This document shows, in pieces, positions 15,767-32,818 of a DNA stretch of 64,000 nucleotides. Location of the stretch: the NCBI RefSeq assembly GCF_009914755.1, contig NC_060926.1. One strand, 5' to 3'. The translations under genes were made by a program, and so were the position numbers. This DNA is from the human T2T-CHM13v2.0 reference genome, Homo sapiens. The first letter of the stretch is position 1. The number at the start of each line of letters is the position of its first letter. Below the pieces are notes generated by a model. That model worked only from the letters and a program-made list of their open reading frames with translations. It searched no databases and was not told the DNA's origin.

Positions 15767-16424
15767 CAGTCAATTTTCATTATTTACAGATGCACATTTG
15801 TGAACTTGTTTACTCACTAAAATTTACTTGTAACTCCAAAATCTAAATACATGGCATCTTTGGGGTCATTTGAAGACACACCCGTGCACACACAGCAGCA
15901 CACAGCAGCAAAGAATTCGAGTCTCTTAACACGCTTCCAACTGAAGCCAAACAAAATGACACTCGCTTCCTGTTTCACCTCTCATAAGAAAAACGTGTCC
16001 TTTTTGAAGCCTATTTAGCGCCATGTTTTTTGCATTTTGTGACTGCTGTTGGTGATCCCTGTTTAAAATGGTGCCCGAGCATAGTACCACAGTGTGGTCT
16101 ACTGTTCCTAAGCATGGGAAGGCTGGGATGTGCCTTATGGAGAAAATACATGTGTGAGGCAAGCTTCACTCAGGCATGAGTTACAGTGATCCTAGCTATA
16201 GGTGTAATGTTAATGCCTCAACAAGTGTATTAGATAAGGTGTCTTTAAACAGAAACACACATAAACAATGTTATGCATTGATGGGTTGACAAAAATGTTG
16301 TGACCAGAGGCTTGAAGGAACCTAGCCTCGTAGTTCCCTTAGGAGCAACAATTCATTATTTGCTAGTTAAGTGTTCCTGGTGACTTTAAAAAACATAAGT
16401 ACTTTGAATAATTATAAATGACTG
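15767..16424. mobile_element. TcMar-Tigger non-autonomous DNA transposon (MER82-like)
   Basis: TA-cagtca...tgactg-TA termini with TA target duplication; about 660 bp. Confidence 0.75.
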
Positions 16425-16716
16425 TAATTAATTAACAGTGAGTATCCACACTCTAAGAATGGAGCATGCTTGTTTAGTAGATGTATACATTTTAAAAATA
16501 ATAACAATAAAGTGGTATGGAATCACTGACTGCCCTAGCTTACCCACATGGGAGAAAAAACGTAATTCTCATTTCAAATACATATCCGTGCTTCATATTC
16601 CCAGATTTACTCAAAAGCCTTAGAAATACCACAGGAGCTTTGTCACTTCTCCCTTAACAACTGGCCATTGGGGCTATTTCAGAGATGCAGCAGCGAGAGC
16701 GTGGGGTCTCTGCTTA

Positions 16717-16848
<132 letters not shown>

Positions 16849-17417
16849 CTAAAGGATGACAAAGACCTTGAAATCATCTGAATCACAGAAATGTCACCTT
16901 CAGATAACTGCTTAGCCTCAACTAAAAGCAGGGGATTATTTGTAAATTTGTACATATTTAATACTTGAAAATGAGAAGTGTTAAGTTCTGTTCTTCTGTC
17001 CAGTTTAACTTGTCTTTGATGTATCTTTCAGTTAAGAAATAAGTCCCTAAAAATAATAATAGCTACAATAATTAATTAAGGGATATGCAATATGAGAAGA
17101 TGAAAACTGTCACAATGAAAACATAAAATGTGGGGGGAGGGCAGAGCAAAATAAATAAGTCCCAATGCTTAATGTAAAAAAAAAAAATTAACATCAGCGA
17201 TCTCAACTGGAACTTTTAAGTTATTGAATTTGAAGGTTAATTCAATTGTCTAGCTTTCTGGACCATAAATTAAGGTTAAGATAGTATTAGCTGAAAAAGA
17301 TCATTTTAAAACAATTAGGTAAATACCTCCAGAACAAACACTGAGAAATAAAAATACATGTAACAATTAAAAGTAAAAATAATGAAGTTTTCCAACTCGG
17401 GACCATAAAAGTCTTAC

Positions 17418-17501
17418 CTCGAGGTCAATTACCAAACCAGGCTGGCACAATTGGGTTTCAAAACTAAGGGAGTGAAGCTCTTCAGTAACGATGAGAGGAC
17501 C
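17418..17501 (-). CDS. STAT1: STAT1 exon 16
   Basis: [28 protein letters not shown]; 84 nt. Confidence 0.98.
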
Positions 17502-18726
17502 CTTGGAAGAGAAAAGGAAAGAAGAAAAGAATATAATTATTCACAGATCCTAAAACTTTCAAAAGCCCAATTAACATTGCAACAGGCCACAGAGATCCTG
17601 GGCCCAATCAGTGGCAAGTCTGAAGACTCAATATTCAATCTCTCCCAGATTTAATGATTCTTAGTATCTCAGTGTGCTCTGAAAGATAAGTGTCTGAAGT
17701 TACGGCAAGGGTTATAGATTCAGAGCAATGATTGTCAATGGGGAAAGAGCAACTAATGGCTTTGTGACCTAAGGCTTCTCGACCCTCAGCTCTGTCTGCC
17801 TGCCCAGTGTGGCTGCACATCTCAATGCAGATGGGTGGGGAGAAGGTGAGAGGACTGGGAGTAAGTGCATACTTGTGATTGTCTACTGCCTACCGGAAGG
17901 GCTGACTCACATCAACTTGGCAGGTCACAAGTTGTCTTGGTTTCGGTAGAAATGGATAGATTTCAAAGTGCCTTCATAAGCATTACCTCATGTGAGCCTC
18001 ACAACTTAGAACTAGAGAGGTGCAACAGCTAGACCCAGGGAGGTCAAAACATAGTTCAGGCGCACACCAGGGCTAGAAGGCATCTTTGCACTGCCTGGGC
18101 CTGTGTTTGTCCCGCTGCTCCATGTGACCTCCACTGGTCCTGGTGTGGAAGGACTGCACACTGTGTGTGCATAAATGACGAAAGTGTTCTCAACCAAAAC
18201 AACTCCAGATATTTCATCCTTTGTCCATAGTTCATTTCTGAATGCATCACAAACCCAACTCCTTAAGGATCACGCTGTAGGAAGGAAACTGATGCAAAGG
18301 CAATGCTTTTGGTAGGGGATGCAATGGCCGAAAAGCCCTCTTGGCACACAGCAAGGCAGTCATCAAAGTGGCCTCTCGTTCCAACTCTGACAGTAACTCT
18401 GTGCACCCTTAGCTAAATCCTGCAAACTTCTGTGAGTCAATTTCTTCACCCGTAAGATGCGAAGAATACAAAAGCCCACAACAGCTACTCCACTGAGTTG
18501 TCCATGAGTGTCTAATGAATTTGTGTGCAAAATCGTTTGACAATAGTAAAGCACAAATGTGGTGTTTTTACTGTTGTCACAGATATACCAAATACCCAGC
18601 TCCTTTGCTGCTCTTCCCTGATGGGTCTGAACTCCTCTGTGAGGTGTCCCCAGCCACCAACTGACCTGTCCTTGCTAGACAGACCTGCCTGATTTGGGCC
18701 CATTCACAACATAAAGGGACTCTCAC

Positions 18727-18768
18727 CTCATTCGTTCTGGTGCCAGCATTTTTCTGTTCTTTCAATTG
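18727..18768 (-). CDS. STAT1: STAT1 exon 15
   Basis: QLKEQKNAGTRTNE; 42 nt. Confidence 0.98.
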
Positions 18769-19712
18769 CTATAAAACAAATAATCATCTTAGTAAACACC
18801 ATGGTAATGGTCAAAGTTGCTATCTTCATTTACAAATGAGAACAAAGTTAGGACTAGAAAGAATGACAGACGTGACTTTATCTTTAGAATGCAGAACATG
18901 GGACAAATTGGCCCTCGTTCAGGGTCCATGAGCAGAAGCACGTTTCCTCAGTGGCCTCATGGTGCGGACACCAGTCTGGAGGGATCTCTTGGAATCACAA
19001 CCCGCTCCTCTCCTGTGTTCAAACTTTCCCTGAATGTTTCCCCATGCACCTTCGTTAACTGTTTCATGCCCTGAGGCTCGGGACAGCTTCTCCCTCCCCT
19101 TTCCCTCAGCAGAGTCCTCCAGGCTGGGCCCAGTGACTCCAGGTCCACCTGCCCTCAAGTGGACGTCAATCTCTGAGCTGTCAATCCCTGAGCTGACGAG
19201 GGAGCAGGCTGGGGCCCTGAGGGCGGCTCTGAATACCCTCAGGCACCTGAGTTGGGCTAAGCTTTCGAGTTAGGTAGAGCTTCCTAGCTACGAGGCTTGC
19301 TGGATCACAAAGTGGTCTCTAGTGAAAAAGGATGCCTTTAACCTCCTGCAGGTTCTGGGCCCAGGGAAAGCTTCGGACTCAGCACCCACAGAGCCTCACA
19401 GCAACTGGCAGCCCCCATGTTCACAGAGGAGGAAAGATGGTGCACCCACACAGAGCATCCTGCTGGGTCTCCACTGCCTGGGGAATGAGCCCTACTGCCC
19501 TGGAGAAAAGGTGGTAGAGTCAGGCTGGCGTGGAGGCAGGGGCTGTGGGCAGGGCCACCAGGAAGGGGAACACGGGGGCTGAGGAGTGAACCCTGGTGTA
19601 CAGGACCACACTTGGATCACAGTCAGGACACGGGAGCCATAACCTTTGAGAAAACTGCAAGCGTAGGTGAGTGACCGTGGGGATCATGCAGGCAGCAAGT
19701 GCAAATCATTTA

Positions 19713-20138
<426 letters not shown>

Positions 20139-20146
20139 TCACGTAC

Positions 20147-20176
20147 CCTTTTACTGTATTTCTCTCATTCACATCT
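20147..20176 (-). CDS. STAT1: STAT1 exon 13 (30-nt exon)
   Basis: DVNERNTVKG; followed by a 91-nt intron. Confidence 0.97.
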
Positions 20177-21478
20177 CTGCAAAAAAAATATATATAATCA
20201 CATATGCGTATTTAAAATTTGAAATAAGCTTTAACAAAATTATAAGAGTATAAGAGCATAAGAGTGTAAGTGAATGATGAATAAAAAATAAATCTACACC
20301 TATGGATTTGCAGCCTTTCATTCACTCCCTGCTTCCATCTACCCATACTAGGTCTGGCAAGTATCACTGAATGACCTTTGGCAAATAAATGGTCTGGGCC
20401 TTACATTGTTCATTTGCACAACATACTAACAGTGCCAACATATAGGACATCATGAGGAATAAACTAGTTAATTCCTCACCAGTACACCCTCAATAAATGT
20501 AAGCACCAGCACCAGTACACCCTCAATAAATGTTTAAGCTATCGTTATTGTTTATTGAGCAGCTACTTGGTGCAAGGCCCTGCACTAAGCACTGGGGATC
20601 CAGCCAACAGCACTGCCCAGTAGTCACAAAGCTCAGAGGACTGCCAATGTGACCATTTAATTCTCATTTTTATTCTCTATGATCTTTAATGCTCTCATGA
20701 AAGTACCAGGAAAGTCAGTTATCTGGGGAAAGTGGCAAGTTTAAGTTTTAAGTCTGAGGTTAAAATTTTGAAAGACCTTGCACTTCTATATCCAGTGATT
20801 ACTTTGTCATGTTCTGGCCAAATAATGTATCCGTGAGCGTCCTAGATGTAGACTAGAAATCATGGGCTCACTCACAGATCTATTAGTTCCCCTTCCTTTC
20901 CAATCTCAACCAGAAGTTCAATGCTTTTGTGAATGACAATCACCATTAGCTATGGAAGGGACCTATTTTCCCGTTTGGAAAAAAAAAGAATTTAAAATAA
21001 AAGGGATAGTATGATAAAAGCTGACTTGTCAAAGCTAAGAAGACCGTCAGAGCTGGAACCGACAGAAAAGACACAAGGGCCCGAAGCAGCTGAGAGGAGC
21101 TGAGCTGACGCAGAAGATGGTAAACTGCAATGGCAACACAACTCTTGTGCTTCCTCCGTTTAGGAAGTAGGATATACTTCCCCATCCCCCGAATCTCAGC
21201 TGGCCTTGATTTGCTTTTAGCAACAGGATGGAAGGGAGTGATGCTATAGATGTTCCAAGGCTAGCACTCACAGGCCTTGTTCACTTGGAACACTGTCACC
21301 ATGGGAAAAGCCCAGGCTAGCCTTTTTGAGGTGCATGAAGAAGGACCTGGTTATCCCAGCTGAGTCCCAGTCATGTAATAAGGCCTTGCTAGAGCACCTG
21401 GCTCCAACCACACTAGCTCAGACCAGGACAACCTACAACTCACAGAATATGAGAAATAATGAGTTTTTGAGTTTTTAG

Positions 21479-21793
<315 letters not shown>

Positions 21794-22722
21794 TAAGTTT
21801 TGGGAGTGGTTTGTTAGGAAGCAAAAGCTAACCGATATACCAAAGATGATGGCAGGGAAGACAAGGCACAGACCATGCTATGAGGAAGAATATTCTTATA
21901 GGAGTGGGAAAAAGCAAAAAGCCAGAGGAAAATGATCTGAATGATCATAAATCATTTTTGAAACTTGCCAAAACAGTATGTGACACAAGCTAACAAAAAC
22001 ATTAAATATGGGAGGGGTGGGGGGGGAGCCATCTTGTTCCTTAATGAGAGTGGCCAAGTTAGTGCCAGTCCAGGTCTAGGGTCTCAGGGCAAAATAGGAT
22101 GAGGCTGCTCCACCTGGACCCCCAAGAGAGATGCCCATTCCTGGGTTCCCACTGCCCAGAAGAGACAAGAGTGAATCCCACAGGCTCCACACAGTCTCCC
22201 CAAGATGCTGCTGACCTCGCTCCAGAAAAAAACCCCCAAATGACCACAGAATCATGGCAGCCTGGACGTTCAGCCTCGGGTTGGATCAGGGGCCTCTCCT
22301 TTGGGGCTGACCTAGAAGGAGGGGGTGGCATGCCAAGTCCAGCCACTTTGAGACTTGCTGATTACAATCTCATATGCACAAAGAGACACTCACTCTTTTG
22401 TTCATTTATAGTCTAAAAAGGCACAGGAATGTTGATACCAGCTCCAGGGGAAGCTCCCAACATCCACCAAGGGAGCTGCTGATTTAAATCTGCTGGGGTC
22501 ATTTGTGATGGCCCTGGTGGATCTGACTAGAAGTCTCTGCTCATGCGCAGCATTGTCAGGACTCTGGGTTCAGCCCTGGGGCCCTAGGGAGGCAAACTTC
22601 CACCCAGTATAGACCCTTCCACAGCTAGAAATCTGCTTATTTAGTGGAGGAATCTGTGCTTGAGTAACAAAATCAACATTTCAATAGTACATGTATGTTA
22701 TATAATGTTAAAGATATCTTAC

Positions 22723-22782
22723 TTATCAAATAAGACTTTGACTTTCAAATTATAATTCAGCTCTTGCAATTTCACCAACAGT
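22723..22782 (-). CDS. STAT1: STAT1 exon 12
   Basis: LLVKLQELNYNLKVKVLFDK; 60 nt. Confidence 0.98.
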
Positions 22783-23676
22783 CTGGAAAGAAAAATAAAA
22801 GCCATTACTTAAAAAAAATTATCTGTTACAATTTATTTATTATGCCAATTCCCTATTAACGTTTAGATAAACTACTCCCCCTCCAGTTTTAGGGTATTAC
22901 CAACAAAAAAACTGACAGTTTTGTAGATCTACTTAAATTTTTGTAAGTGTATTTGTAAGAATAAATTCCTAGCTGTGGAACCGCTTAGGAAAAATTGTAA
23001 CACTAATTCTGACAGGATGCCGCCCTGATTTTACATTGCCACCAAAAGTTAATGAGGGTAGCTGTTTACCTCTATAACCTTGCCAATATTCAGTTTCATC
23101 ACAATTTCGACCTTTGGCCAATTTATATGGGTAAAATAGCAAACATTACTTTCTATTAAAACTTGTATCTAATCTTTGTCCTGTTGGGAGACAATAAAAA
23201 CTATTGCCCATAAGCAGAAAAAATAGCGTCCCATCTATAGTCACCCCAGGGTAGCATGGAAAGATGGAGGGCAGGTGAGAGGGTGTACCTCTGCTCCACT
23301 GAGCTGGAGACTTTGAGAAGGAGACCCCGGGGCTCTGTCTGCTCCGTTCAGTGGAGCAGGTGGATGGGATCAGATTTCTACTGTCCCTTCCAGCTGCTGA
23401 GTTCTAAAATTCCACGAGGGCTTCAGTGTGACATTGTACCTACCAGCCAGGGAGGGTTAACCACAGACTTAAATCAGCAACACCCCAGAAAAAGGACCCG
23501 GGCCAACTATGAAGGCCAGTCCAGTTCTTCAGCGTCTAGCTACTCATCATAAGAAGAATGCTTAAAGCAATGCAGCCATTCAATGGAAGAAAGTAAAGCC
23601 ACATATTCCTGGAAACACTTCTACAATTAGTATCGAGGAGAAAGACTACAAAACAATGTATGTAGCCTACTCCGAG

Positions 23677-23840
23677 TTTTTAAAAAAGAAATATGTCATA
23701 TTTGTGTGTGTGTGTGTCTCTATATGAAATATTTGTGTAGACATGGAATCCTAATTTTTTAAAAAGGAAACATTATGTCATGTTTGTGCGTGTGTGTTTC
23801 CGTATGAAATATATATTTGTGTAGACATGGACAAAATCCT
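23677..23840. repeat. Imperfect ~80-bp tandem duplication containing (TG)n
   Basis: tttaaaaa..gaaa..tatgtcat.tttgtg...tatgaaata..tttgtgtagacatgga..atcct occurs twice. Confidence 0.85.
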
Positions 23841-24334
23841 GGGAGGACAGACACTAGGCCATTTACTGTGGTGGTCCACAGATATTTATATCACGGACTG
23901 CTTTGAGAAACTGATGAAAGCTATAAATCCATCCATCAGAAAAATGTACATGTTATAAATCCACATTCATACAGCTTCTGGGGTTCATAAGGCTCAGGTT
24001 ATGAGCCTATGCCCAAGAGGGGTGAGGCAGCCAGGAACTTTTACTCTCTATTACACACATTTCTGCAATTTGGAATTCTGTTTTCCTGTGAACACGCATT
24101 ACATTTATGATTGGAAAAAAACCAGGAGTGTGTACATATATGTATATCAGTTACATTTCTACTATGAATATATTAATAAAAGACTCTCAGATATTCTCAG
24201 TAAGAGTTCATATTAAAGTGCCCCCTGAAAAATTATTTCCTCAAAAGCACCCTATATAACAGTTTTTATAAAAGGAAACTAGGGGTACAAACTACGTGAC
24301 AGGTGATGTATGGGATGCCATCTTTCCCTTGTTA

Positions 24335-24457
<123 letters not shown>

Positions 24458-24684
24458 TTAGCATTTCCATTAAGGTTGAGGCAATCACAATGATTTTCCT
24501 GAAAGAAAAAAGGGGGTTAGAGAGTACGATCTAAAAAATCATTTGAAAGATTCTGACAAGTTGGATGAACAAAGTGATATTTTCTAATTAGTAAAGAAAT
24601 CCCAAAACCTAATAGGGACTTAACAGAAACAGAATAACTGTAATGATCTGTGAAACTATTACATTGAAACAAACATACAATGAA

Positions 24685-24989
24685 GGCTAGGCACAGTGGC
24701 CCATGTCTGTAATCCCAGCACTTTAAGAGGCTGAGGTGTGAAGATTGCTTGAGCCCAGGAGTTCAAGACCAGCTCAGGCAACATAGTGAGACCGTATCTT
24801 TACAATTTGTTTTTTTTTTTTTAATTAGCCAGGCGTGGCTAATTAGTCCCAACTACTGGAGGGTTGAAGTGGGAAGATCACTTGAGCCCAGGAGGTTGAG
24901 GCTGAAGTGAGCCATGATCACACCACTGCACTCCAGTCTGGATGACAGAGTGAGGCCCTGTCTCAAAAATCCAAAATAAAAAATAAAAA
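24685..24989 (+). mobile_element. Alu (AluJ-like)
   Basis: ggctaggcacagtggc...ttgagcccaggagttcaagacc...A-rich tail. Confidence 0.92.
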
Positions 24990-25135
24990 CCCCGTATTTA
25001 ATTATGTTCATTTACATGTCAGAATTAAGAATAAAATGTGCACTCAAAGTACAAGTAATGTTTTTAAATTTTAAAAAACCCAACATACAGGACTTCTTGT
25101 TTGAACATTAGCCATAGGGAACCAAGTACATTTTT

Positions 25136-26863
<1,728 letters not shown>

Positions 26864-27736
26864 AATCAAGTACATTTTTATCATGTCAAGTTTGCATTAA
26901 AAAAAAAAAAACTTGCAATATGAACCCTTCTTTTCCACTCAGTGACATTTATCTATCTACTAAGTGTGTCTAGAGAGCCTACTGTTCACAAGGCACTGCG
27001 CTAGGTCCTGCTGGGGGAAAAGGGTGACAAAGGCATGTCTCTGCCTTCCAGAACTTTATGATATTCAAGAAATATAAAGAAATACATAACAACTATATAA
27101 CAAAAGGCAGAGTAGGAAAGGAACGAAGGGTGACTGTAGGCCACGAAGGGAGATAACATCTGTTTGGGAAATCTGGGAAGATTAAATGATGAGATACAAG
27201 GTGAAGCTTTCAGGATGATACAATTTTGAAAGCAGGTACATGAAAAGAAGGCTCTGAGGAAGAGGAAGTATCCTCAGGAGAGCCACAGAAAAGCAAGTAT
27301 GCGGCATGGCCCCTATAGGAATCAGCAAGAGGTCAAGTTTGCCTAGAAAGGGGCGTGTGTGGACGTGAAGCGTGGAGTGTTCAGCTAGGTCCAGGCTGCA
27401 GAAGGGGGGCCGTGAATGCCCAGCTGGGCATTCACTTGGATCAGCAGGTGATGAGGAACCAGAATGGAACTCTGCTCTGGGACAGCACTGGTCACAGGGA
27501 GGAAGGACTGGGAAGGAGGACTGGTGGGGAGGCTGGGGAAGAGTCCAGAAAGGAGGATTTGAGAGCCTGAGACATGAGGAGGGGAGAGGAGGAGGTGAGG
27601 CATGTTAGGGTCACGGCGGAGACTCAGCCAAAGGGGAAGGAGGAGTGGAAGGTTACTATAGCTTCCAGCCTAGCTGGCCACAAGAGTGAAGAACCACTGG
27701 TATAACCAAATAATTCAGGAAGAGTCATTGTCATTA

Positions 27737-28139
<403 letters not shown>

Positions 28140-28174
28140 TTACAGAAGGTACAAATAAATGTCCCTTGAGTTAC

Positions 28175-28333
28175 CTCTGAATGAGCTGCTGGAAAAGACT
28201 GAAGGTGCGGTCCCATAACACTTGTTTGTTTTTTGTGATAGGGTCATGTTCGTAGGTGTATTTCTGTTCCAATTCCTCCAACTTTTTAAGCTGCTGCCGA
28301 ACTTGCTGCAGACTCTCCGCAACTATAGTGAAC
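28175..28333 (-). CDS. STAT1: STAT1 exon 10 (coiled-coil domain)
   Basis: [52 protein letters not shown]; 159 nt. Confidence 0.99.
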
Positions 28334-28406
28334 CTGGGAAGACACAAGACACAGATGTCTCTATGAGAAACAGTCCAGAAGCAGCCTGGATTAAAGGGAA
28401 TCATGG

Positions 28407-28762
28407 TATATTAGTCCATTCTCATGCTGCTAATAAAGACATACTCGAGACTGGAGAATTTATAAAGGAAAGAGGTTTAATTGACACATAGTTCCACATG
28501 GCTGAGGAGGCCCCACAATCATGGCAGAAGGCAAATGAGGAGCAAAGTCACATCTTACATGGTGGCAGGCAAGAGAGTTTGTGGAGGGAAATTCCCACTT
28601 ATAAAACCATCAGATCTCGTGAGACTTACTCACTACCATGAGAACAGTATTGGGGGAACCACCCCCATGATTCAATTATCTCCACCTGGCCCTGCCCTTG
28701 ACACATGGGGATTATTACAATTCAAGGTGAGATTTGGGTGGGGACACGGCCAAACCATATGG
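28407..28762 (-). mobile_element. THE1-type (ERVL-MaLR) solo LTR
   Basis: tattagtccattctcatgctgctaataaagacata...gccaaaccatat; 5-bp TSD catgg at 28402-28406 and 28763-28767. Confidence 0.92.
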
Positions 28763-30968
28763 CATGGAAACCAACAAGTGGTTATATGCAACACAAAATG
28801 TCACCTAGGATGCCATGCTCTGCCCTCTAGGGAAAAACAAAGGGAACGAGGCTTGTGCCAGCAGTAGAAGCTTTGTTATTTGAGGAGTACAACTAACATG
28901 CACTGAATGATTACAGTCTACATCAAAAACTTCTACACACCACTGAGGCCTATGTGAGGAGAGATGGGTGGAGGCAGGGCTTCTAGGTGATCTGTGACTG
29001 GTGCAGGGCAAAGAGGAGGCCAGAGGCAGGGAAAACAGCAAAGCAGGTGCTTCCAGGTGATGCAAGAGGCAGCAAAGAGCCACTGCAGGTTCTGTCAAGA
29101 GAGTGGCATCAGCAAGCAGTGTCTCGGCAGGACCAGTCAGAGATGTGGGGCAGAGGGGCAGGAGGAGAGACAGAGATGGGAGACAAGGCCGGGGACAGGA
29201 AGAGAGGAAGGAATGATGATTCTGGTTTCACTCAACTGAAAGGAGAAGGCAGTATGCTCAGTCTAGACCCTAAACATAAAAAGCCAATGAGTAAACCCAG
29301 TGATTGCTCTTAGTCTTCCTTCCTTGCAGTCAACTGCTAACAGCAACACAGGCTGGGGAAACGCTGTTTTATTCACTTGCAGTAATGACAGAAGAAAACC
29401 TTTTAAAAGTGTCTTCTTCCCTGGGAAAAGTATCTACTTCACTTTCTGATTTTGCTCGATTCCAGTTCAAAGCCCTGGGACAGCAGCCCTTCGTCAGGAA
29501 AGGAGAAGGCAGGATAACGGCTGGCTGAGTTCCAGCGGAGAAGCTAAACCAGTGTCCCCAACTCTGCTTGCACACAGAGAAAATGACAGCACAGTGGGAA
29601 AACTAGAGGGCATGTGTGTCCCTACAAGAGGCTCCTGTGGTCTAGGAGGACCACTAGGGGGCTCTAAACACCCCAGGGCCTCCCTGGCCACCTGAAGGGC
29701 TTTAGGGTTGTATGTATCCCTCAAGGCACATGGGGTGCACTGGGCTCAGAAGCTCTGCTCTAACCCACAAGAAATCTGGGGTACCTACAGGCAATTCACA
29801 GAACAAAAATAAATGGCTGAATATTAATTGTGATTTTTTTAAAAACTGGCAATATAGAAAATAACCTCGTGAGATCTCTGGTCCTTGGACCCTTAGCAAT
29901 TGTCCCAGGCCACCTTCCCTCATGTTCACTCTGTGATTCCAAGTTCAGCTCCTGTTGCCCCTCACCTGGACCACACTAATATGCTAATAGTATTCCAACT
30001 GGTCTTTCTGTCTCTATCCTATCCTCCAGGCTGTGGCCAGAGTGCCCTTTCTAAATCAAAGATCAGAGAAATACATCTCCTGCTTAAGAAAAAAGCCTGC
30101 CTTGGCTCAGCAGTACAGCTGCGTACATCCCCCATTCCCAGCATGGTGCTGAGAACCTGCACCATCAGGCTCCAGCATCTCCCACCGGGTCCACTTTCCT
30201 TCCCATCTCCCTGGACACCCCACTCTCCAGCCACCCAATACAGCCCCTGCAGTCTCCCACATGTGTGCCTTTGCACACGCTGTGCTCTGTGCTGGAAAGC
30301 ACTTCCCCTTGATCTACGTGGAGTAATCCTAGTGACTTTTGAGTCAGCACAAGGCCACTTCCTCTATGAAACCTTCCCTGGAGATGCTTTCCTTTGTCCT
30401 CCACAGAATTCTGATGGCCTTTTGCTAGAGCACCTGGATACTTTTACCACACGAATTATTACCATGTCTACATCCCCCCCTCCACACTGAGAACTCCTTG
30501 TTGGCAAGGGCCAAGAATCACTCATCCTTGTGTGCCCAGGTCCTACAGTGCCCGGCACACAGTAGGCATTTAATAAGTATTACTGGATGGATGACTGAAT
30601 GTTTCCTAAAAAACTATTCTGTAAGCCTAGAAAAATGCCTCAAGCTATCTTGTTTTTAAGGAAACATTAAGAGTCAAGTCATTAAATGTGTTCTATAACG
30701 ACCATGTCACTGATGTTTTGTACAGTCAAACGACACCCCATGGTACAGGAGTGCTCCAAACCAAGCAGACGTGGCTGAACGTGGCGAGAGTCATGAATAA
30801 CACTGTGCTTTCCAAGGGAGTGTTTCCAGGGTAAGCAGAAGCTGGACTATGTCAAACTCTATACTAATGTTTTGACAGGGTCCATTCAACTAACACAGCT
30901 CAAAGGTACATTTATGTGTTTATGTGGTTAGCCAGTCAGCTGCCAGTTTTCTGCTTTGGAGAATCTTA

Positions 30969-31121
<153 letters not shown>

Positions 31122-31309
31122 CTAAAGGCAATAGAAAAAACAAAGTGAAATAAATTCATTTTTAATCACTGAATTTTAAAATATTTTTTAAAAGAAAAGC
31201 AAATATCATTTCATTCTCAACTGGGGCTCTAAGCCAGGTGGCTATAATTTTTCCTCTCTTCTAAACTTTGAGTCCATTATTTACAGTGTATAACAAAAGT
31301 GGCATGCTA

Positions 31310-31483
<174 letters not shown>

Positions 31484-31558
31484 TCATATAAATTTAGGAT
31501 AAATATGACACAAATGCTGCCTAGTGACAGGTCAAAGTTTGGCTTTCTTCGATCTTTA

Positions 31559-31861
<303 letters not shown>

Positions 31862-32395
31862 TTAAGACACTGTCAGGTAATTACCTAAATAAATGTAAAT
31901 AACATTAATAATAATGTTATTATTATTATAAAAATAAATGTAAATAATAAAATGTTTTATCTGAACAGAATTCAGATAAAAAATGTATACAAAGCATAGC
32001 TGTAGCTTTCAAAGAGAAGTAGATGAGTAGGAAGTGGTAGTTGAAGTTGCTGTCTCTTATACTTTCTACCCAAATCATACTGATAATCTCTGCCTATGAA
32101 CCATGGTATACCCCAGATGATGAATAGAGTAACAGCAGTACCCTACGTGTCCTACACAATGTACATTCTTGAGATCTTTTCTGTTGCTACTCTCATTAAA
32201 AACACGCAACAGTAAGAAAATACAGTAAAACTGCTTTAAAACATGAGAAAAATACTGAGCTTATCTGCTGTGTATACACGTGGCCCTGCAACGTTTGAAG
32301 AAACCTGAGATATTAGGGCAGGGGAACTCCACATATCTATCGCTCTGTGTCAGTCAGTGGGCTAGGCGCAATAAATATGGTGAGTAACACATAAC

Positions 32396-32608
32396 CAGTG
32401 GTTATCAAGTAGGGGTCACTGACCCCTAGGGGACTTTTGGCAATCTCTGGAGACAGTTTTGGTTGTCACTAGTGAGGGCTCCTGGGTAGTGCTACTGGCA
32501 TCTGGTGGGTAAAAGTCGGGGATGCTGTTAAACACGCTACAATGCCAGGACAGCCCCAACAACAAATTAGCCCGAAATGTCAATAATATTGGATGTTGAG
32601 AAGCCCTG
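32396..32608 (+). mobile_element. MER20 hAT-Charlie DNA transposon
   Basis: cagtggttatcaa...ttggcaatctctggagacagttttggttgtcac...ttgagaagccctg. Confidence 0.8.
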
Positions 32609-32680
32609 GCCTGGGTTATCAAGGAAGAATTCAGAGTCATAAAATACTCGGCAAATAGAAAGGAGTAATCATCTTCGTTA

Positions 32681-32818
<138 letters not shown>

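Noticed and set aside
23606-23614. Isolated GAS motif TTCCTGGAA in intron 11
   Set aside because: Single 9-mer expected by chance in 64 kb; context looks repeat-derived
29900-30490. 196-aa plus-strand ORF
   Set aside because: Sequence resembles a decayed L2 LINE 3' region; non-ATG start and no protein similarity recognised
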